Below are positions 26,419-32,000 of a stretch of 32,000 nucleotides of DNA, piece after piece (position 1 is the first letter of the stretch; every line of letters starts with the position of its first letter). The notes below the pieces were generated by a model that did no database searches, was not told where the DNA came from, and saw only the letters and a program-made list of their open reading frames with translations. Source of the DNA: Candidatus Electrothrix yaqonensis (GTDB lineage: Bacteria > Desulfobacterota > Desulfobulbia > Desulfobulbales > Desulfobulbaceae). Position numbers and translations under genes: made by a program. The stretch spans positions 2,580,001 through 2,612,000 of the forward strand of contig CP178758.1 of assembly GCA_047651235.1 (NCBI GenBank), given 5' to 3'.

Positions 26419-26531
26419 TCGCTGATCTGATAGAATTTCGATCCATGCGAACCGGAGTTGAAAACTCCAGCATATTTTCGTATGATGCAGCATCTCTGAT
26501 GTTTCCTTGTTCAACCTGTAATACCGGTTCT

Positions 26532-27401
26532 ATGCATAAGCTCATCTTATTTTTCCTCTGTCTGTTTTCCCTCTGCTTTGCTGGCTGCGAAAATACCGAT
26601 GTCGATATGCTGCTTGTCACGGACGCGGGGATTGATGCGGTCAAGGCTGTCACCCTTTCCGACAAAGCGGTGCAGCGGATGGCGGCACGCGCTTCGGCAT
26701 ACGCGGACAAAGAGAAAAGAATCGCTCCGCCGGGCAGCAGATACGCACAGCGGCTCAGGCGGATTGTGGGGGAACATCTGCGGGAAGGGAACATCACCTT
26801 CAACTATAAGGTCTACCTTGCCCAGGAAGTGAATGCCTTTGCAATGGCGGACGGGACAATCCGCGTCTACAGCGGCCTGATGGATATGCTCACGGACGAC
26901 GAGCTGCGTTTTGTTGTCGGCCATGAAATGGGGCATGTGGCGCTGCAGCATATCCACAAAAAACTCAAACTCGCCTATGCCTCCAGTGCGGTGCGCAAGG
27001 CAGTCGCGGCTACCGACAGCACTGCCGGTGAGATCGCCCGCTCGCAGTTGGGCGGATTTGTCCAGAAACTGATGGGCGCGCAGTTCTCCCAGCTGGAAGA
27101 AAAAGAGGCAGATGACTACGGTCTCGCCTTTATGAAAGAAAAGGGGTACGCGCCGCAGGCGGCGGTATCGGCTCTGCAGAAACTGGCCACCTTGGGCAAC
27201 GGCCATTCTTTTCTGTCCAGTCATCCGGCTCCCGGCAAACGGGCGGAACGGCTGCAGCTTCAGCTTGAGGGTAAGGCGCTCAGTATTGCGGAACAGAAGC
27301 AGGAAATGCAGGAGAAATCGAAAGGAATCCTGCGCTCTGTTCTCCATGTCCTGCAGACTGTTTTCCACTGGCTGGTCAATCTGCTGAAAAGCCTGCTGTG
27401 A
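26532..27401 (+). CDS. ycaL: M48-family zinc metalloprotease lipoprotein (YcaL-like)
   Basis: The internal ATG at 26532 gives the lipoprotein signal MHKLILFFLCLFSLCFAGC. It aligns by eye with E. coli YcaL (YKVY....VNAFAMADGTIRVYSGLMDM, HEMGHVALQH, EKEADDYGL, SSHPAPGKRA). Confidence 0.8.
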   Translation: MHKLILFFLCLFSLCFAGCENTDVDMLLVTDAGIDAVKAVTLSDKAVQRMAARASAYADKEKRIAPPGSRYAQRLRRIVGEHLREGNITFNYKVYLAQEVNAFAMADGTIRVYSGLMDMLTDDELRFVVGHEMGHVALQHIHKKLKLAYASSAVRKAVAATDSTAGEIARSQLGGFVQKLMGAQFSQLEEKEADDYGLAFMKEKGYAPQAAVSALQKLATLGNGHSFLSSHPAPGKRAERLQLQLEGKALSIAEQKQEMQEKSKGILRSVLHVLQTVFHWLVNLLKSLL

Positions 27402-27433
27402 GCACAGGGCGGGTCGGTCAGAGCGGAGCACGT

Positions 27434-28255
27434 ATGACCGCTGAGGTCGCAGTACTCTGTGGCGACTGTTCTGATCCGGTTCTGCGGACATGGGCGGAAC
27501 AGCTGGCCCTGCAGCTTGATCTCCCTCTGACGTATTCCCATAAAATGACAGGAGAATATCACCTGATGCTTCGGGTCGGCGAACAGGGACTGGAGCTTGT
27601 CAAACCTGCTGACCCGCATCTGAACGGTCCAGTCCGGGTGGATTTCACTGCCGGGCGGGCAGCCTTCCGCAGGAAGCAGCAGAAAAAGGAACTGCTGCTC
27701 CGGGCTGCGGGCTGCAAAAAAGGAGTTGCGCTGAATGTCATCGATGCAACCGGCGGGCTGGGGAGGGACAGCTTTCTGCTGGCCGCTGCCGGATGCCGGG
27801 TCCAGGTATTTGAACAGCAGCCGGTCATTGCCGCTCTGCTGGCTGAAGGACTTGAGCGGGCTGCCGCTCACCCGGAAACCGCAGCCATTGCCGGGCGTAT
27901 CCGCCTGACGGTCGGTGATGCTGTTACTGCGCTGCAGGCCATGCAGGCAGATGAGGAAGGGAAGGGGAGAACGGGGAAAGCTGTTGATGTAGTGTACATA
28001 GATCCCATGTTTCCTGAGCGGAAAAAATCGGCACTCGTGAAAAAGGAACTGCAGATGCTGCAGATGCTGGCGGTACCGGAGGCTGCCCCGGAACGACTGC
28101 TGGCCGCAGCTTTGGGGACTGCGACCAACCGAGTGGTGGTCAAGCGCCCGCTGAAGGCGCCTTTTCTGACGGCCCGTTCTCCTTCGCATTCGCTGGCCGG
28201 GAAAACGGTGCGGTTTGATGTGTACATGCAGCCTCATGTTAATTGGGCGGATTAG
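27434..28255 (+). CDS. rsmJ: 16S rRNA (guanine1516-N2)-methyltransferase RsmJ-type class I SAM methyltransferase
   Basis: VIDATGGLGRDSFLLAAAGCRVQVFEQQPVIAALL, VVYIDPMFPERKKSALVKKELQMLQ and RVVVKRPLKAP...RFDVY are colinear with E. coli RsmJ (YhiQ). The ORF track starts at 27398 (GTGA overlap with the M48 gene); I prefer the ATG at 27434. Confidence 0.8.
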   Translation: MTAEVAVLCGDCSDPVLRTWAEQLALQLDLPLTYSHKMTGEYHLMLRVGEQGLELVKPADPHLNGPVRVDFTAGRAAFRRKQQKKELLLRAAGCKKGVALNVIDATGGLGRDSFLLAAAGCRVQVFEQQPVIAALLAEGLERAAAHPETAAIAGRIRLTVGDAVTALQAMQADEEGKGRTGKAVDVVYIDPMFPERKKSALVKKELQMLQMLAVPEAAPERLLAAALGTATNRVVVKRPLKAPFLTARSPSHSLAGKTVRFDVYMQPHVNWAD

Positions 28256-28272
28256 GAGCTGATATCCGATAG

Positions 28273-28400
28273 TCAGCCCAGTCGCCTGCAGAGTTTGCCG
28301 TCCGGGGTGCGGCCTTCCAAGGTGTACCAGAAAATCTGGCCCAGGCCGGTGGCATCCGGGCTGAGGGGCGGACGGGTGAGCTCCGTGTTATCCCTTAAAC
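28273..28400 (-). pseudogene. Relic of about 40 codons of an HME-RND pump gene (CusA/CzcA family), internal fragment
   Basis: The minus-strand reading ..LRDNTELTRPPLSPDATGLGQIFWYTLEGRTPDGKLCRRLG* contains the CusA-type motif (L)GPDATG(L/V)G.I..Y.L, located near residue 150 in E. coli CusA. Homology is lost on both sides. It sits in the rsmJ-fhs spacer. Confidence 0.5.
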
Positions 28401-28412
28401 CCCATGGATACT

Positions 28413-28457
28413 CCCAAAAACACAACGGGCCGAAAGGATTTCTCCCTCCGGCCCGTT
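28413..28457 (-). terminator. Rho-independent terminator of fhs
   Basis: Perfect 9-bp stem aacgggccg (28424-28432) / cggcccgtt (28449-28457). On the minus strand it is followed by tgtgtttttggg. Located 28 nt after the fhs stop. Confidence 0.55.
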
Positions 28458-28484
28458 TGGTACCAAATGCTGTAAAAATTCGTT

Positions 28485-30248
28485 CTAGAACACGCCCTTC
28501 ACCTTACCGGTCTCGGTATCCACATCAATGCGGCGGTAGGCCGGATCAGAGGCCGTACCCGGCATCAGGCTGATAGCACCGGCCACGGGTACAACAAAGC
28601 CTGCGCCCTTGTAGGTGAGGATGTCCTGTACCGGCAGGGTCCAGCCTTTGGGGGTTCCCTTGAGCTTGGGATCATGGGACAGGGAGAGGTGGGTCTTGAC
28701 CATACAGGTGGTCATCTCTTTCATCTCCGGGTCCGCTTCAATGCGCTTGAGCTTGGCAGCTGCTTCCGGGGAGTAGCTTACGCCGTCACCGCCGTAGACC
28801 TCCTTGACGATCAGCTCGATACGCTTGGACAGCGGGGTGTCCAGGTCGTAGAGGAACTTGAAGTCATTCGGCTCTTCACAGGCATCCGCCACTGCATCGG
28901 CGAATTCCAGGGCACCGTCACCGCCGTGCTCCCAATGGCGGGACAGGGCCACCCGGGCACCGGCAGCCTCAGACAGGCGGCGGACTGCCGCGATCTCGTT
29001 GTCCGTGTCGGTATAGAAGGCGTTGATGCAGACAACCGGGTTAATACCGGCCTTCTTAACGGTTTCGATGTGATGGATGAGGTTCTTGCAGCCCTCTTCA
29101 ACCCAGCCCACGTTCTCACCGGAATACTCAGCAGGCATGGGCCGACCCGGAACAGGAATCGGGGCGCCGCCGTGGCATTTGAGGGCGCGGATGGTGGCAA
29201 CCACAACTGCGCAGTTGGGTTTCAGGCCGGAGTAGCGGCACTTGAGGTTCCAGAATTTTTCAAAACCGATGTCTGCTCCAAAGCCGGACTCAGTAACATT
29301 GTAGTCAGCCAGCTTCAGGGCCACGCGGTCGGCGATAACAGAGGACTGACCAATGGCGATATTGGCGAACGGTCCGGCATGAACAACAACCGGCTGGCCT
29401 TCCAAAGTCTGCATCAGGTTCGGGTTGATGGCATCCACCATCCAGGCGGTCATGGCGCCGTCCACTTCCAGATCAGCCGTGGTGATGGGCCGATCCTGCT
29501 TATCATAAGCCACCACGATCCTGCCGATACGCTCACGCATGTCTTTCAGATCCTTGGCAATGGAGAGGATGGCCATGATCTCGGAGGAAACCGCGATGTT
29601 AAAGCCGGACTGCATGGTCATGCCGTCCATCTTGCCGCCGATGCCTGTCGTGATGTTACGCAGGGCCTGGGCACAGTAGTCCATGATCCAGCGGAATTCC
29701 ACCTTTTTCGGGTGAATATCCAGCCTCTTCAGGTTGCGCTGGGCCAGCTGGTCATCCGTGTAATTACACTCATGCTGCATCCGGGCAGTCAAGGCGACCA
29801 TACCCAGGTTGTGGGCGTTCATGATGGCGTTGATATCACCGGTCATGCCCAGAGAAAACGGGGTCAGGGGGATACACTGGGCCAGACCGCCGCCAGCAGC
29901 GGAGCCTTTGATATTCATGGTCGGGCCGCCGGAGGGCTGACGGATGGCACCGATAACGGATTTCCCGCGTTTACCCAGTCCCTGGACCAACCCCATAGCG
30001 CAGGTGGACTTGCCTTCACCCAGCGGAGTCGGAGAAATAGCGGTCACGTCAACATACTTGCCGTCCGGCTTATCTTTCAGGCGGTCAAGGATCTTGCGGT
30101 AGTCCAGCTTGGCCAGATAATGCCCGTGCGGCAGCAGTTCTTCTTTCTCCAGCCCGAGCTTTTCACCTAGCTCGTACACTGTTTTCATCCTGTTTTCAGC
30201 CTCTTCGGCAATTTCCCAGTCAGCGTGTTTGGTCGGGTCTAAAACCAT
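28485..30248 (-). CDS. fhs: Formate--tetrahydrofolate ligase
   Basis: 587-aa ORF. DWEIAE.., [23 protein letters not shown], the [15 protein letters not shown]-type segment and the length are all canonical FTHFS. Confidence 0.95.
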   Translation of the reverse strand: MVLDPTKHADWEIAEEAENRMKTVYELGEKLGLEKEELLPHGHYLAKLDYRKILDRLKDKPDGKYVDVTAISPTPLGEGKSTCAMGLVQGLGKRGKSVIGAIRQPSGGPTMNIKGSAAGGGLAQCIPLTPFSLGMTGDINAIMNAHNLGMVALTARMQHECNYTDDQLAQRNLKRLDIHPKKVEFRWIMDYCAQALRNITTGIGGKMDGMTMQSGFNIAVSSEIMAILSIAKDLKDMRERIGRIVVAYDKQDRPITTADLEVDGAMTAWMVDAINPNLMQTLEGQPVVVHAGPFANIAIGQSSVIADRVALKLADYNVTESGFGADIGFEKFWNLKCRYSGLKPNCAVVVATIRALKCHGGAPIPVPGRPMPAEYSGENVGWVEEGCKNLIHHIETVKKAGINPVVCINAFYTDTDNEIAAVRRLSEAAGARVALSRHWEHGGDGALEFADAVADACEEPNDFKFLYDLDTPLSKRIELIVKEVYGGDGVSYSPEAAAKLKRIEADPEMKEMTTCMVKTHLSLSHDPKLKGTPKGWTLPVQDILTYKGAGFVVPVAGAISLMPGTASDPAYRRIDVDTETGKVKGVF

Positions 30249-30381
30249 GATGGCTCTCCTGTTATAAGTTAATAATTAAAAGGGTTGCAATGTTGATGTC
30301 AGCGGCCGGATACAACAGGGACACGCGGGTTCAGAGAAAATGCGTGACCTGAACAGTGAACCCGGAATGAGAAAAACAATT

Positions 30382-30410
30382 CTTTTACTGGATTTAGAGC
30401 CTATTGTCAA
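30382..30410 (-). promoter_or_regulatory. Candidate sigma70-type promoter for fhs
   Basis: On the minus strand: TTGACA (30405-30410), a 17-nt spacer, then TAAAAG (30382-30387). This would give a leader of about 130 nt. The -10 element is weak. Confidence 0.25.
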
Positions 30411-30714
30411 CAGATTAGTCGGCAGCTCCACATTCCTGTGTCCTTGACCGGGACAATTTTGTCGGAGAGGGGCAGGAAAAAGGGTAGTCCTGCAACGAGG
30501 TGATGATTTCAAAAATGGCAGCAGCGGACTCCCGCAATGGCGGCGGGACTGACTGATGGCGCTGAAAGAACTGTTTACAACAGTCGTTATTAGAAAGCAA
30601 CATTCTATGGGGGTGACTACCTTCTGCCGAATCCTGCTAAAAATTTCCTGCACACCATAAAAGAACACAAGGCAAAGGTTGCGGAGGTGCAGGTCAGGGA
30701 CGCAGGAGGGGACG

Positions 30715-31251
30715 GTGAGCAGAGAACTGCACCCGGAAATCCTCAGACATTTTCGCACAACATCCTTCAGCACTCCGGTCATCGGCATCACCGGAGGCAA
30801 GGGCGGAGTGGCAAAACAACCATAGCTGCTAATCTGGCAGCTGCCTTTGCTGCTCTGGGCAAAAAAACTGCTGGTCCGGGTGGTTGCCGGAGAACTGGGC
30901 ATCGGCTGCCCGGTGATTGCGGCACTCAAAGGCTCTGATTACGTCCTGCTGGTCACTGAACCGACGCTGTCCGCCCTGAGCGATCTGCAGCGGATCATGG
31001 AAGTGGTGCGCGGTTTCAGGATACCTGCTGGAGCAGTGCTCAACCGCTGCGACATGCACGAGGAATCCGCCCGGACAACTCGGCAGTGGCTGCAGGAAAA
31101 CGATCTGCCCTTGCTGGTGGAAATTCCCACGGATCCGTATCTGCCGCAGGCTCTGGCCCAGGGCGACCTTGCTGTAACTCTATATCCGGATGCCCCATCA
31201 TCAGCCGCACTGAAACAACTGTACAATATACTGGAAAATCTGCTTTTCTGA
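30715..31251 (+). pseudogene. MinD/ParA-superfamily P-loop ATPase (Fe-S-associated MinD-like type), interrupted by two compensating frameshifts
   Basis: The first frame reads VSRELHPEILRHFRTTSFSTPVIGITGGKGG, then hits TAG. The Walker A continues in another frame (SGKTTIAANLAAAFAALGKK). The original frame resumes after an A7 run (30860-30866) as LLVRVVAGELGIGCPVIAALKGSDYVLLVTEPTLSALSDLQR..VLNRCD... The central part found in full-length family members seems absent. Confidence 0.5.
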
Positions 31252-31371
31252 TCCGGACTGATCCGGAGCTTCCCTGCCGCTTGCTGTATTGCAGTTCAAC
31301 CCTCTCAAAGGACACCCGCCTTTGCCCCTCTCTCTTCTTCCGCTTCCGGGGCGGGTCGTCCGTTTTCTGTC

Positions 31372-31797
31372 TCATCGGATATGACGGACGGACGGGCTGT
31401 CGCAGCACGAGGTCAACTCCTTTACTGCGCCGCAGGGGTATTTAATCTGTACAGACACCTCCCATCTGCAGACAATCTCCTTCTGTATTTTTTCTATGGT
31501 ATTCTCGATATCTTCCCTCTTTTTCAGTCTTGCCATAAGCCTGCCCGCAGGTTGATCTGCAGCCAATACGGAACCCGGTATGACAAGAATAAACGCAGCA
31601 GCGGCAACAGGATCAGGTTTATGCTGTTCATCGTATACATGATCATGATCTTCAACCGGTCGTATTGAGATATGACAATGAAATTTTTCGCTGATGATTT
31701 TTTTTATTTCAGCAGCAGCAACAGCAGCTTCCGGCCCGCTTATGATCACATGAAATCCTTTTTCTTCTAATTGGCACCGCTCATCAGATGGCTTCAT
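31372..31797 (-). CDS. Hypothetical protein (141 aa)
   Basis: ATG at 31795-31797, preceded by ggagagggaac. MKPSDERCQLEEKGFHVIISGPEAAVAAAEIKK... No family recognised. Confidence 0.4.
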   Translation of the reverse strand: MKPSDERCQLEEKGFHVIISGPEAAVAAAEIKKIISEKFHCHISIRPVEDHDHVYDEQHKPDPVAAAAFILVIPGSVLAADQPAGRLMARLKKREDIENTIEKIQKEIVCRWEVSVQIKYPCGAVKELTSCCDSPSVRHIR

Positions 31798-31859
31798 TGT
31801 TCCCTCTCCGCTATGTTTTTTCTCCCGCTTTGCTGTAAAAGCACTGGCTCTCAACCGGG

Positions 31860-32000
31860 CTATCCGTTATTGTCCACGATAGAAGGAAAAAAGTCATACG
31901 GAAAATCAGGAAGACCAGCGTCGTTCACAGGATAACCAGCGGATGTAGCTGTTGCAGAAAATCGGACACCGGATGTTTTTTTCAGATAAACCAGTATGTG
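31860..32000 (-). CDS. C-terminal 46 codons of an unidentified gene entering from the right edge
   Basis: Open minus-strand frame from the window edge to TAG (31860-31862): HILVYLKKTSGVRFSATATSAGYPVNDAGLPDFPYDFFPSIVDNNG*. No family recognised. Confidence 0.25.
   Translation of the reverse strand, partial: HILVYLKKTSGVRFSATATSAGYPVNDAGLPDFPYDFFPSIVDNNG

Noticed and set aside
26547-28237. 314-aa and 325-aa minus-strand ORFs opposite the M48 protease and rsmJ genes
   Set aside because: Both plus-strand genes align convincingly with known families (YcaL, RsmJ). The antisense ORFs are Arg/Pro-rich shadows.
28674-30170. 498-aa plus-strand ORF antisense to fhs
   Set aside because: It is a shadow of the unambiguous fhs gene. 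The translation has no recognisable motifs and is G/R/H/V-rich.
30249-30410. Specific riboswitch class (ZTP/pfl, THF or c-di-GMP GEMM-I) upstream of fhs
   Set aside because: The string GGUCACGCA recalls the start of a GEMM-I aptamer, but the following conserved CAGGGCAAACC and GGGACGCAAAGCC elements are absent. The ZTP hallmarks (GACUGGCG ... CCGCCUGGGC) are also absent. I kept only the generic structured-leader observation.
30276-30929. 217-aa minus-strand ORF between fhs and the MinD-like gene
   Set aside because: It covers the fhs leader/promoter region and is antisense to the MinD-like P-loop. The sequence is Ser/Pro/Cys-rich and featureless.
1-32000. Search for tRNA/tmRNA genes, rRNA, integrase/recombinase genes or cas genes that could define a classical genomic island
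   Set aside because: I found no cloverleaf-like GTTCGAATC-type T-arm motifs, no rRNA-like stretches, no tyrosine or serine recombinase ORF and no cas-like ORF in any frame of the ORF track. I therefore describe the accessory block as a recombination mosaic rather than an integrase-borne island.

Overview
32-kb chromosomal window from a moderately GC-rich bacterium. The C1 genes fhs and an AcsE-type methyltransferase plus an Isf-type flavoprotein suggest an anaerobe. A Desulfobacterota-like host is only my guess. Left third (1-11 kb): mostly minus-strand housekeeping genes. These are the carA 5' end, an Isf flavoprotein, an endonuclease III / exonuclease III fusion, class II DAHP synthase, an AcsE-like methyltransferase, a PDZ protein and dnaN. 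They are interrupted by an IS graveyard (IS200-like tnpA stub, frameshifted IS701-family element, IS630-like HTH relic) and by a lower-GC islet (hypothetical gene plus an FG-GAP-type beta-propeller gene with DNA-level repeats). At 11-15.4 kb lie an IS1-family relic, a 123-bp MITE sharing its termini with the IS701 element, and recC with no recB or recD. From about 15.45 to 28.4 kb the sequence is a patchwork of short modules, most bounded by a truncated gene or a gene relic. In order: a possible recB stub; an 84-nt relic of the rsmJ 3' end (direct repeat of the intact copy 12.6 kb downstream); an AT-rich three-gene envelope cassette of unknown function; cusC-YHS-cusB without cusA; rmlD-rmlA; an MNT relic; vapBC; an AT-rich stand-alone RelA/SpoT-domain (toxSAS / CapRel-like) gene; a ycaL-like M48 protease plus rsmJ; a cusA relic of about 40 codons; and fhs. 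Right end: a frameshifted MinD-like ATPase and two hypothetical genes. I recognised no rRNA, tRNA, CRISPR array or integrase. The best candidates for something new are the RelA/SpoT-domain gene beside vapBC and the orphan AT-rich three-gene cassette. All calls rest on reading the translations and sequence by eye; no searches were run.
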